Assembly (NCBI GenBank): GCA_048772705.1
Contig: JBLWGC010000043.1
Coordinates: forward strand, 434,001-498,000
Reading direction: 5' to 3'
DNA length: 64,000 nucleotides
From: Leidyana gryllorum EB-2025a
Lineage: Eukaryota > Protista > Apicomplexa
Position numbers and translations under genes: made by a program. Numbering within the stretch: the first letter of the stretch is position 1; each line of letters opens with the position of its first letter. This document shows, piece after piece, positions 35,044 to 47,593 of this stretch. The notes beneath the pieces were generated by a model that saw only the letters and a program-made list of their open reading frames with translations, was not told the origin of the DNA and ran no database searches.

Positions 35044-37421
35044 TCATTGATTGGTTCCTCGCATGTAATCGAGGAATTCATCCCAGTCAATCCGGCCATC
35101 ACCGTTTCGGTCAACCTGTCGCACTAATTCTCTGATTTCTTGTTCTACTGCCTCCGAACTTTGATTAGCCCGGGGCCTCATCAGCTTGCTCTGATTAACC
35201 TCATCGTCTCCACTCAAAAGTAACTTGGTGAACTCCTCGACCGATATCACACCATCGTGATCAGTATCCAACTTGTTGAACGCAGTCCAGACAATGTTCA
35301 GCTCAGATTCCCGCCAGGTGTAACACGCAGCCAGGAACTCTGTGTACGAAATGGAACCTGCACAATAACCAATGTGTAGATCGATAACGCAACCCGCTTA
35401 AAGCAACTCAATAAAACCAGCTTGCACCTCATAGTATATTCAGCCTCACCTGTTCCTGCTATGTCCAGCGCCTGAATGATTTTGGTTACCTCCCAAGGCT
35501 GCAAACCGGCCACTCTCAGACCGTGAGCGAGCTCGTCTGACGACAGCATCCCATTTTGGTCCCTGTCAAGATTGGTGAAGATTCTGTTTATCTGTTTGAT
35601 TTGAGACCCATTGAAGTCCAATTGGTGGGCCATCAGGTTGATAAGGACATTCTTCAGGTTGGCTTGCTTCATATAGCGCTTGAGATTATCACATATGTGG
35701 ATTGGCAGCACCACATGATTCGTTAATTCGGGTTTGAACCACTGATGTTGAAGACATTGGGAGGCTGAAGGTCGTCGTTTTGGACTCTTCTGCAACATCA
35801 ACTTTAATAGCTCAACCCCCATCCCCGAAACGTGGCGACAATGCGTTTCGAAAGGTGGTTGTTCTGAAAGCGATCAACATTATTTGCGTGCGTGTGTGTG
35901 AGCGTGCCGGAAGGAGGAGACACGATGTCACGATGTGTGCGAAGAGGCGATAAAGACTGGGCAGCGTACCATTGAGGACTTTCTGTCGAACTTCGGTCAC
36001 TCGTTGACCAGAAAACGGAAAGTGTCCGGTAAGTAGAAGATACATAATGCATCCTGCGGACCAAATGTCGCACTTTAGATGTAGACGCCGTTTGAAGACT
36101 TCTGGTGCCATATATAGAACGGTTCCCGCGGCATTCTCGGAGTACTCATCGTTACGCTTGAAGATCTCGGCCAACCCGAAATCAATGACTTTGATCGGCG
36201 AGGAGGGGGTGTTATCCAGGAACAATACATTCTCCGGTTTCAGATCTCTGAGCGTGGGCAGGAGCAGAGGTTGTGGACGGGTTGTAGGCAGACTCACTTG
36301 TGGACCACTTTCTGGCTATGAAAGTAGGCTAAAGCCAACAGAATCTGGCGCATTAAACTCATGACGTATTTTTCAGTCAGAGTCTTTCCGCGCTGTTGAG
36401 CCTGAAGAATACGTGCCAGTAGCTCGCCACCCTCACAAGGCTCCATTATGATATATACGTTATTATAGTCTTCGTACACATCGTAGATCTTGATTATATT
36501 GGGATGATCGAGTTGTTTTAGAACAGTTATTTCTGCTTCAATCTGTTCGGCAGGAATGGCTGCTTGATCCTTGTTTATAGTCTTGCACACCCGCACAAGC
36601 CCTGAACGCAAATCTTTCACGAGGTGGACTTCTCCAAAGGTCCCAGCCCCAATCTTCCTTTGGAACTCGAAGAGACTGTGAATACTTCCGGGGTCACATA
36701 AAGGGAACCTTCCAACGAATACATTGCGCCGTACTCGAAACTTCTTTGAGGGATAGTACTTTTCCCGCACTCTCAAGAGTAATCTCCAGTACTTTAAGAA
36801 ACAGTCAATAATCAGCGGGAGCTTTTCCGGCATGCACCTACCATCTGGGCAAACTCGTCCAGAGTGAGTTCTCCACTATCGTCTTGGTCATATTTATCGA
36901 ATATTTGCTGTAACGTATCCTCTGCAGGACGTTGAGGCGGCAAAAGGGGGTCCGGGACACTCACTGTCTACGGGCGGAAGCTTCAAATTATCGCACAATC
37001 TTTGAATTAGAGCTTGCGTTTCGGAGAAGCTGAGGGTGCCTGATTTGTCAACATCAAATTGCTGCGAGATCGATGACTGCAGATTGACTCGTTGGCTTAC
37101 GTAGAACGAAGCCTGGGCTGATTTGATGAATTGGGCTTTGTCAACGAGTATCTTCTCCAGTTTATTCCGGATAATATCGGGTGTGGACAGCTGGGCACTT
37201 CGGCGTGACGATGAACCACCCTGATGACGAGTCCGCCCAGAGTGCTTGGGCGACTCGACTCGTAAAGCTTGGGGCCGTTGGGGAGGCGCTGCGTAAGGTG
37301 GAGGGTGCGGATACCTCAGATATGGGGGGGAGGACACAACTTGGTGAGAGGCATGCGGGGAAGGCACTAGGTGCGGAACTACGCCGCCTGTAGCCTGATA
37401 GCTTCCACTCCGGTCATACAT
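35044..37421 (-). CDS. Calcium-dependent protein kinase with N-terminal EF-hands (CDPK6-like)
   Basis: N-terminal EF-hand DVDKSGTLSF; kinase GAGTFG, DLKPEN, DFG, APE; C-terminal EF-hands DRDQNG, DTDHDG, DRNGDG. Confidence 0.9.
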
Positions 37422-37473
37422 CGGTTTTCTCGCACACGTTAGCCATTCCAAGTGCCACTGCTGTTTTTACAAC

Positions 37474-40034
37474 ATGCAACCCCAAGCAACGTGGTGGGTA
37501 TGGAAGTTTGGTGGCTCCTCGCTGGCGGACTACGAGGTGACAACTTTTGCTACACAACAACAATTCGTTACAGAGGATCCGGCGAGTTGCCAACCTGATT
37601 TCCGAGCAGTTTGACAAATGGCGCACTGACCCCCCACAATCCAAACCCCATCTCTCTGTCGTTGTCTCTGCCGTAGGGGGGGTTACGAACGCCCTAGAGG
37701 CATCCCTTAATGCTGCTGCTAATGTGCTCGGTGAACTTGTAGAGAACTCAGCGTCACCTCCCTGGCCGAGGGTAATCGTAATCAATCTCCGTGTCTATAT
37801 GCTGCTGTCCCCAGTTCCCCAACTAACTCATAATGGATTTCGGTCCACCGTAAATCATACACTCCTATGCTATGCACAATAATTCAAATGCCTTATTCCA
37901 CTCAAACTCGTATTCCTGTCTGATGTCCGTCTCTCGACATCGCTGCCGACTTCTCTGCTCCCTTCTCTCTCTCTCTCTCTATACATCTTTGTGTGTGTGT
38001 GAGTGTGTGTAATGAGTGTGGCGGGTGGCGATTGGTGGTCTTTAGGACACATGGCTCGACGAGTTGGAGCAGAATGTACCTCGGAGCGCCCTGTTGCGTT
38101 CTCAGTTGGAGTTGCAGTCCTTTTCGCATATTTACGGGCCCAAGTTGAAGCAGGTTGTGCAGCTGCACGAGCGGATTCTTGACCAAATGATGGCCACTGA
38201 GGAGAACGTGATCGCTGGCGACGTTGCCAAGTTCCGGGATCAGTTCTATAATAACATCGTTGACATCTCCAATGTGTTACAGGCAGTTGCAGTCTCGGGC
38301 ACCGTCACTAATGCAATGTCGGCTTTCGTCCTGGGTTTCGGCGAGACGTGGTCAGTGCAGCTTCTGGCCCTGGCGGTCAAAATTCATGGAGTGAGTCCCT
38401 CTTTGCCCCCCCCATTTGGATGGCGGTCTGCAGCTGAGTCAGCGGACACTCATTCTGGACGCCAGAGACGTTCTGCGGGTTCGTCAGATCTCCAAAGCCC
38501 CGGACGTTCGCCAGAACCTCCCCAAGCCGTCCTCTTCTTACGCAGCCTCCAAGAGCCTCGGCGTCTCCACTGAGTCTCTCCACAAACCAGCGTCCTTCCT
38601 CCCTGCGATGGGTCGGAGCTCTTTGATACAAAGCCCCCTGGCACGAATGCTGACAAACAATGGTGGCGACTCCTCTCCCCCCATCAGTTTGAAGAAAATG
38701 ATCTCAATGTCAGCGCTTGAGGAGTATCAGATTGGGCCTCATCGGTGTGGGACACCTCCCCCGCCGGAAGGCTCCGATACAGCCGTCTCTTGGGCTTTCC
38801 CATCCTTTGCTTCCCTCCCGTCCGAACTCTTTCCTCCTACAGGGCCGACTGTGAGTGAGTCTAATCTCCCGTCGGGCTATTTGCCGCGCATCGACTGGCC
38901 GTGTTCCTATCGCAAGATGGCGATATGGTTCTGCCATCAGACCGAGAAGGACGCGAGCGGCGCTGCACCCGACGGGCCTTCGTATTTGATGCTCATCACC
39001 GGTTTCATTTGTCGAACTGTTGACGGTCTTCCCGCAACCCTCCAACGAAATGGATCCGATACCTCGGCCGTGGTTTTTGCGTGTCTCCTCCGTGCTGAGG
39101 GTGTAACTATTTGGAGTGACGTCGCCGGGATCTACTCGGGCGACCCTCGCCATTGTCTGAATGCCAAACCTCTCGACTACATAACCTATGAGGAGGCGCT
39201 AGAACTCGCGGGAATTGGCGCCCGTGTGATACACCCCGCATCCCTCCTCCCCTGTATCCATATGAGAATGCCTCTGTTGCTCAAATCGACCTTTGATCCG
39301 GACCTCAGGGGCACTATGATAGCGTAAGCGAGACAAGTGTTGTCACACCGCCGCCCTCATTCTCTCCGAAGCGACTTCTCCGATATCGAGGAGACGGCTA
39401 CTCTGGGAAAAGTTGTGACTTGTGTCCGAGACGTCTGCATGTTCACTCTCTCGAATTTCCCTCTCACTTCCCTCTTCAACTTTGCTTCTCGCCTCTTTGC
39501 CGCTGTTGAGAAAGGCGGTGGACAACCATTGTTCGTTACACAAGGAATGTCGAGCAGTGCCATGTCGGTGGCTGTCAGACGCGACGAGACTGATGGAGTC
39601 CTCGCGGCAATCGCTGATGCCTTCCGTCATGACGCCGAGGATTTTGGAAGTGAGTGCGGTGGGCCCAAACCTCTCTCGTAACACCAATTGTACCTTCAAA
39701 AGGCCAATTGAAACTCACAGTCGATCCAAATTGCTCTATTCTGAGCGTTGTTGGCCGAGGCCAAGTCAGTTTTGTCGGAGCTATCGGTGAGCGCGCGTCT
39801 CACTCCTTTGCCTATCTGCACGCACTCGCCACAGCCGCTTGGTGTGCTGCCCTGCGAGATCGTAGTGTGTCCATCAAAGCTGTCAGTCAAAGCAGTTCGG
39901 AGCTGTCCACGAGTTTCGTCGTGGCAAAGGCATCAGAAGGAATGGCCCTCGAGGCTCTGCACGAGGTAGTCGTGCGGGTGCCGGACAACTCCACCCGCAA
40001 CGTGCTGGACGCCCTGCCAACTCAGTTCCACTAG
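37474..40034 (+). CDS. Aspartokinase with ACT domains
   Basis: KFGGSS, VVSAVGGVTNAL, GETWS, LQRNGSDTSA, IWSDVAGIYSGDPR, GARVIHP, and ACT-like ILSVVG...VSQSSSELS. Confidence 0.9.
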
Positions 40035-40081
40035 TTACATTTGAAAAAATCAGCAGCATGTCACCTCGGACATGAAGTCAG

Positions 40082-42135
40082 ATGGAACCCTTCAAACGAA
40101 TCGCTGACACGAGTTATATAGTCGATGAGTTCCGCTTCCCGAACACACCCAATGTTACTCACTGGTTCCTAAGGTAAGGAAGGTTCAGTCAGCCATCTCT
40201 GGTCAACGACTCTCCAACAGCCATGCACATGCTGGTGAGTTAACTTCCAAGCCACTCAGCTACTCGGCATCTCCTCTCTCCACACAGACCATTATGGGGG
40301 CCTTCAAGAGGATTGGGCTGGCGGCTATATCTATGGATCTGCCATTTCTCTGAGACTGATGGCTCGTTTTCTGAGCGTTGACCCCAAGTGGCTGCGCCCA
40401 CTGCCTTTGAATGAGCTCATTGAGCTGAAAGAGGGAGAGTTTGTCACCTTAGTGGACGCCTTTCACTGCCCCGGAGCGGTAGTCTTCCTCTTTGACCTGC
40501 CCCCGGCCCGGACCTCGACCTCGTCTGTGGCCAAACGCCGACATATTATACACACCGGCGATTTTCGGTTCAATGAGGCTCAGATGCGGCCGTGGGTCGA
40601 GAAATTGAAAGCCAGCGAGGCTGCTGGGACCCACACTATCGACTCTGTATATTTGGACACCACAGTGGGTGATGAGCAGAACTGCTTTGCGATATTGAAG
40701 AGTTTCCCTTTTCAGTATTGCCAGAAGAGTCACAGCTTTCCCCCGCAACAGGAAGTTCTCGCGAAGATTGAGCTATTTGCTCGAGAACGGCTCGAAGAAG
40801 ACCCAAACTATATGTTCGCAGCGAGCACATACAACATTGGTAAAGAGAAAGTACTCTTGTCACTGGCCAGAGTGTGTGGGGGTAATATTGTGGTCTCTGA
40901 GAAAAAGTATCAACGGCTGGAGTGTCTCGAGCTCCCCGACTCCGTGATGGAGCTGTACAAAGTTGGTGACGCCCGCCCGGGGAGCCGTGTGTTCGCGTGT
41001 GATTGGCAGTCATTGAATGCCAATCCCGGTCAATTGTATGGGAAGGCAGAGATGGACTGGCGTAAGGCTCGCCGGTTTATGGCTCAGGCCAACGCGATGC
41101 TCCCAAAGGACACCCCACCGTACACTAAGATCTGCGGTGAGTCGGGCGTCTCCCCACACACTTCACACACTCTTTCAACCAGTTATTGTTGCTACTGGAT
41201 GGAGTTGGTCGAGAGCCATGCGAGCCAAATGGAACACCACCGAGAGGGGACGGAGTCCGTTTGTCGTCGCTGCCTCCTCAGACGACGGAGTCTGCTCGGT
41301 CTGGCGTCTCCCGTACAGTGAGCACTCAAGTTACACAGAGCTGCTCCGGTGTGTCGAACTATTGAAACCGATGCGAGTTATACCCACAGTGGGCGGCGAA
41401 TCGTCGCGTCGCAGACAGCTGACCCACTTTAAAGATTTGATCAATAAATCGGCTCTCCGTAAAGAGGCCTGGTTCACAATGTTTCGGGGAAAGGCCGGAG
41501 TAGCCGTAGCCACAGCCGCTTCTGAGGATTCTGGCGAGTTCCCGTCTCCAAAAGGCGAAGGCGAAGGCGAAGGCGGAGATGACGCGGAGCCCAATCCCTC
41601 ACTCGAAGACAGTGGGACTCGACAAGTATCCGTCACAGAAAGCGAAGCCGTGGCCGGCGAAGCGTCGGACACAGAGGAAGAAGTGCTTCGGGAGCCCGAG
41701 GCTGAAGTGCTTCGGGAGCCCGAGGCTGACGCGGTCGCACATCCGCTTCCTGAAGCGGAGAGGGGCCTCAGCGGCGACCAAAGTGCCGCCGTTGCTGAAG
41801 AGGTGACGACTTTCGATGGTGCCGGGACAGATACTGTGGGCCGCCGGCTCTCGGCAGACTGCGTGGAAGACAGCAGAGGGGCGCTGGGGAGCTCGTCAGA
41901 GGACTCCCGGCCTCTCAGCGGCAGTTTGGAGGTCATTGATTTGGACCGGGAAGCCTCTCCCCCAAAAATAGTGAGCACTTCGACCCCGGTGAACGGAAAG
42001 GGCAGAGGGAAGGCTCCGGGGCAACGGGGAACGACTCCTCGCGGGTCCGCCTCGGCCAAGGGGAAGCGCAAAGGAGAAGAAGGGCAGATGACATTAGAAA
42101 GCTTCTTCAAACAACGACGCGTATCGGAGCAATAG
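40082..42135 (+). CDS. SNM1/DCLRE1-like DNA cross-link repair nuclease (MBL/beta-CASP)
   Basis: FLS|HAHA|DHYGGL, HCPGAV, HTGDFR, YLDTT, YNIGKEK, PYSEHSS. Confidence 0.92.
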
Positions 42136-42335
42136 GGGGCGTCATACATAGTTAGTGTTAGCTCTGATGAGAGTCGATTCCCCCCCCCTCCCCAATAACA
42201 GCTGTGTTTGTCGATCCATCATCGTGTGTTTGTGTCAAATTTCGCTATAATTAAGTGATTAACGACACATTTCGTTTAATGCTCAGAAAGTGGGAAGGGT
42301 ATAACAAAAAGGCGAGCCAAAAAAGTCGCTGCCAA

Positions 42336-43987
42336 TTACGCTTGTTGCAAAGCCGCAAGCACAGCCATGCCCTTTCCAGCAGTTTCATTAGCAACATATA
42401 TGTTGACAAAGGAGGCAGTTTCCTCTCCCAGGAGATCACCGAGATATGAGCGGATCTGATTGAGAAAGGTCTGTTTCTGTTAGTCGAAAGACACCGCGAC
42501 TTACCTTCTCGCAATACCAGGGGTGCGACACGTGCCATGAGCCATCGATCGCTACTGTGACACCACCCATGGCCGGCTGGAGCCTGCCGCACTTCTTGGC
42601 CATACCGGCGATCACAGCAGCGGTCAAACCTGCAGCTCTCTGGAAGACGAGGCCAAAGAGCCTTTGGACAGTCTTGCGAGTCGGAAGGTCAGTATGCCAC
42701 TCCCAGAGACCATTGAGCAGCTTGTCGACCAAATCGAGATCCTCCGAGCTATCTGAGACTATAAGTGCAGCAGCAGCAGTAGGCAAAGCCTGACGAGACC
42801 AGGCGAGTCTCGGAGCGTCCGTACGCCACACCTTGACGACCAGACGACGGCAAATTTCGCCGAGATAGCCGCCGGCCACCATCTTCTCCAACTGTTGACG
42901 GCCCATATTGCCCTCCTCAGCAAAGTCAACTTCGAGATCTACGTCAGTGGTGGGCAAAGCCTTGTCAAAACCACCAAGTTCGGTATTGACAACGCAACCC
43001 TTGAAGTTGTACTGAGTCCAGTTGGGCTCAACGTAGGCCCCATTCATTCCACTGCCCACGCGGAGGGCAACGGTGCACGGCGGGAGCCGAGAGGGTTTCT
43101 CGTAAGCGCAGGCCAACAATGTAGCGACCTTTGGGGCGGGGGGAGGAATAATATTAGAAGGTATACTGACCGAATACTTACCGCATCATTCGCGACCACC
43201 GCTGTCTTGGCGTTCACCTTGGAGCGCCAGAAAGCCATGTCCAGCAGGGTGACGACGTCCAGCCCCTCCACAGGGTCAGCAGTGTTACGACCGGTTTCGA
43301 AGTTCTACAATATGTAAATAAATCCGGTCGCTCGGTCGTGTGCAATCCGCTCACCTTTGTCAACTCGAGCAGAGTGGCCGATCGGAGACTGTTAACCGCG
43401 CAGGGGAAGGAGATGGCAAATCCAACCGGACACTCCTTGGCCTTGCCATAGTCCCCGGACTTCTCCATTATCTGCTTGACGGCACGGGCGAGAGAGTTGA
43501 ACAATGGCATTGCTCCGCAGTTTTTGTCCAGCAGACCTTTGGGGAAGTCCACTTTCTCATCGCGAAGGTTCACACGGTGCTCAGTGGTGTTGACTCTTCC
43601 ATTGCCTTCCAACTTGCACCGCATGGCTTTGACAGCAGTGCCCTGGAAGTCGAGGGCATAAGCAGAGGCGCGTTCCTGGCCGGTAGGGAGTGTAGTGACG
43701 TGGGTGTCGAGCATTTTGAGACTGCTGGAGCCCGCAGAGCTGTTGACACGTCGCTGGCAGCCCAGTTCGAGCTCCTTCGAAAACGCCCTGAACACATCCG
43801 CAACCTGCTCACGCGTCAGGTCGAAATAGTCGACATAGCGGCTGATCCGCTCCTCGAAGGTTTCGAGCGGGTTAACAGCGTGATTCCAGGTCTTCTGCAC
43901 ATCCTCGGTCCAGACACGACTGCGTCCCTTGGAGGAGCAGGAGGCGAGGGAGTCCGTAGAGACACGGCGAGAGATCTCGGTCGACAT
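42336..43987 (-). CDS. Hexokinase-like protein with degenerate motifs
   Basis: SSLKMLDTHV, LPTGQE, SFPC, ANDAV, NTELG, LEKMVAGGYLGEI, IDGS; three introns; stop TAA at 42336. Confidence 0.88.
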
Positions 43988-44134
43988 TTATTCAGTCAGA
44001 AAAATGGGCTGAGCCAACTCCGAGCAATCAGAAAAAGGTAAGCTAAATTCCACAACAACAACTTTTGGAGGGGAGTCGCAGTGAGAGCCGTCGTTGTGGG
44101 ACGCTAGCGCACACGTTTATATTAGTTTTGGTCG

Positions 44135-45316
44135 TCAAGAGTGCACTACATCAGAATGTGAGGTGGGTCTCCCCACCACTTCGCGCAGATCGGCCTGAAA
44201 GTGTCGGCGAAACTCAAGGTTCACAAATCGACTGTCCTGAATGGCCAGGCTCGATTTCCGACGCTGGCGGACGTTGGTGGTCAGTGAATCTACACTCCCT
44301 TGAACGCGAGCTCGAAAGAGAGAGTCAAGTCGGTTTTCAAACTCCGCGTTGTGCAAAACTGGGTGATGATTTGTATCTTCGACCCTTTTTGCCGAAACGG
44401 CAGGCGGGTCGAGTGATGGAGGTGTCCGCACTACCCCAGGACTAGGATACCTTTCATGAACAGCCGCTTCTTGCACTGGGGCGGGCGACACGGATTTGGG
44501 ACGGCTGCTGCCCAGCTCGTCCGCTAAGCGCCTCAACGTCCCAGCCGCTGCACCTACGTCTGTCCGAAGTTCCAGTAGCGCCTTGTAAAACAAATGCTCC
44601 AGGGGATGCTTCTTTACATCCCCCCATGCAGAGGCAAACAACAAATCCTCAGCTCCAGACAGCAGCATGGCTGACTGAGGGTGCTCCAAGATACGGTGGA
44701 GTCGAAATATGATCCGTCCACTCTTCAATGATCTGTAAGGCTGTACCAACTTCAGCCCTATTGCCAATCGACGGGCTGCCCGCACACAACACCTTGCAAG
44801 GTCGCTCACAGTACTGTAGGGTAACTCGTTCTCGGTCGCCCGCAGCAAGCACGTCGAAGTGTGCTTAGCGAACTCCTGGGCAGTGCCCATAGCCACGCTC
44901 AGCCTCTGCCACTCAAAAAAGTCTCGAGACTCCTCAACCACCAGCTGCTCCAACACCTCCTCAACTTCCGCAGTAGCAGCCGTCACATCCTTCAACAGTG
45001 GTCGAACGGCACGCTGAATTTCACTGCGCCACTTGCATAGTACACTGCGCTTTCTTGTTAGAGGGCAGGGAGTGGTGCCCACATTACTTCGAGAACGATT
45101 TAATCCAAGGTCACGGTGCAGCATGGGACTTGTTCCTCCTTGATCCAGCCACTTCTGTAAGTCAACCATGACAACGCACCGCCGTTGAAGTTCTTCAGAG
45201 CGTTTCACCACATCAGCAGCCAGCGCTAATGAGCACGATGGTGATGCGAAGCCCAAAACCAAAGGCCAAATTAGACTGTAAACGATCTTGACATACTTCA
45301 CTAACTCTGTCAACAT
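44135..45316 (-). CDS. Hypothetical protein
   Basis: 393 aa intact ORF filling the gap between neighbours; no family recognised. Confidence 0.6.
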   Translation of the reverse strand: MLTELVKYVKIVYSLIWPLVLGFASPSCSLALAADVVKRSEELQRRCVVMVDLQKWLDQGGTSPMLHRDLGLNRSRSNVGTTPCPLTRKRSVLCKWRSEIQRAVRPLLKDVTAATAEVEEVLEQLVVEESRDFFEWQRLSVAMGTAQEFAKHTSTCLLRATENELPYSTVSDLARCCVRAARRLAIGLKLVQPYRSLKSGRIIFRLHRILEHPQSAMLLSGAEDLLFASAWGDVKKHPLEHLFYKALLELRTDVGAAAGTLRRLADELGSSRPKSVSPAPVQEAAVHERYPSPGVVRTPPSLDPPAVSAKRVEDTNHHPVLHNAEFENRLDSLFRARVQGSVDSLTTNVRQRRKSSLAIQDSRFVNLEFRRHFQADLREVVGRPTSHSDVVHS

Positions 45317-45348
45317 GCTAAAGTTACGAAAATCTTTTACTAATTGAA

Positions 45349-47562
45349 CTAAGCATCGGTGAAAGCATCCCAGATTCGCACGAAACCATCATGCGCGGCT
45401 GTACAAACGCGCGTGCCACACGGAGACGCACCCATATATAACACCCGTGCTGTGTGGCCCGTCAATGTTGCCAACTTCCTGATCTGCAGAGGGCCCATGA
45501 TCTTCGTGTTCGACCCCAATAAGAGGCTGGTGCACTCAGAAGCCATCAAGCTCCATACATTGACCTGTGCCCCACATTTGGAGTGATCCTGGGTGATAGC
45601 TGTTACCTGATTGAGGGTGAAACCGTGACTAGAAACTAATTCCAGCGTCACAGGCGACCAGTACAAATTGCACACTTGGCTTTCAGTCTCGATCATGGAT
45701 AGGCGTTTCTCGGTTGCGAGGTCCCATATACGAATCATGCGATCATTGGTACCACCACCTGTAGCGAGGATTGGAAAGGGTAGAGGCGCCCAGCTCAGCG
45801 CCTTGACGGCAGCTTGGTGCCGGGGCAGAGCCTGCACGGGTCTGTCTTCGCCTTGTTCCCATATGTAGACACAATTATCATTGCCGCCAGATGCGAGGAT
45901 TGGTCGACTGGAGAGCTTGGCAGTCGGACTACCTGCAGCATCCATCACAGCCATTAGCGAGCGCGTGGTTGCCTGTTTGGCGGCATCTACTGTGAAGGTA
46001 CAATGTGCAACACGTTCCAATTCAGCTTGTCGCAGTTCGTCGAAAGATTCGAATTGCCGATAGTCCAATGACATTTCTGTACTGGTGTCTTCTAACTGGT
46101 CCAGGGTGTGCAGTTGTGATCTGTCTAGGAGTGCATCATTCCTCCATCGCAGTCCGCAGACCTCTTGGGTGTGAGCTTTGAACTCTGAGACGCACATTGA
46201 TGAGCGGAGATCAAAGCTTCGAATACTTTTGTCTCGCGATCCAGAGCTCAGATATCGGCTTTGCCCGTTGGACGTGTCGGTCATCCAATCGATTGCACCA
46301 ACCCGCTTGTCGTGTCCGTAGAATGTCGTCACAATCCTTTCCGCTTCGACATCCCAAATGTTGATGCGTCCATCATGCCGCCCAACTGCCAGCAGCGAGC
46401 CCTGCGTTGGGAGTGTGACTCTCCGCCCAGGGAGTGGAACTTACACTTGGGTCCCAGCGCACACACTGATACGGCAGATCGGCTGGGCCCTCGCGCACAG
46501 CAATTGGAGGGGCTTCCTTTCGCGAAGTGTATACCCGAGTGTACTTGGCATCCGCCCATTCGGTTTCGAGAACTGTTGAAGGTTCAATGGAGTTGGCCGA
46601 AGGTTTCAGGAGAGCAATGGAGCGATCGGTCGCCAGAGCAATGATATTGCGGGCGCCCCAATCTAAGAGATTGAGATAGTAGTCATCGGGAGCCGCGGGG
46701 CGGACTGACACAGTGACAGACGCCTCCTGAAGTTATTAGGAAAACAACACTTTGGGCGGTTACGTTTGAGCCTCACCTTGGGAATATTACGTGTCCTCTG
46801 GGCTTGGAAGAAGGGGCGGGCAGAGAGGGGATATTTGTTCATTAGGTGGGCCATTTTGCGGAGATAGTGATACTGAGTCTCGATGGGTGCGGCGGGGTTG
46901 GAGTGCGAGAACTCGTCATGACCAGCTGTGACCAGGCTGAAAGGGTTTTCGACTGAGTGTGTTGCAGGTGAGGAGGAGGGTCCTCCTGCCTCCCCTCCTA
47001 CAGGCTGTTGGAGTGCGTTCTCATTGTTTACGCGAGGTGATACGGGTGAGCTGAGACCGGACTGATGATCGTCGCTGTTGGAGTTGCCTCGGGGCTGGGC
47101 GGGGGGTTCATCTTCGGAGGGGACACTAACTATATCGTATATGGCTACCGATCTACCGTCGGCATCATATCGTATTCCATAGGCGTGCGACTGTGGTTTG
47201 AAGTCTCTGAGTAGAGACGCGGCACTGGAGAGTGCGGGAGAGGATAAGCCGCCATTGTCGTTGGAATTGTCGTTGAGCACGTTTTCGTGCTCGTTTGAGT
47301 GATCAGAGACTTCATGGGCTAAGATTGAGGACTGATCATCACTCGAGAATTCGCCAGGAGCATTAGCAGCAGCATCATCATTGAGTCTGGGCCGTTTAGA
47401 TCTGGGGGCCGTGACTGGAGGGTGCGGCGCAGCATTTTCCGTGAGGGCCGCGTCGTCATTGTCATCTAACACAATGAGAGGTTTGATCACACAGGGCGGC
47501 GGCGGCGCCTTGGGCTCGGTCAGCGGTTGTCGGCTGACCTTGAGAGAGTAATGTACTGTCAT
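45349..47562 (-). CDS. CDC20: Cdc20/Fizzy-family APC/C activator (WD40)
   Basis: APDDYYLNLLDW, SSGSRD, HTQEVCGL, LASGGNDN, HQAAVKALSW, GGGTNDR, LVSSHG, GHTARVLY. Confidence 0.9.
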
Positions 47563-47593
47563 TGACCGAAAAAAAGTAAGGGTCAATCGAGGA

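Noticed and set aside
41680-41727. 24-nt direct repeat (EVLREPEA x2)
   Set aside because: Simple in-frame duplication in a disordered tail; not a target-site duplication.
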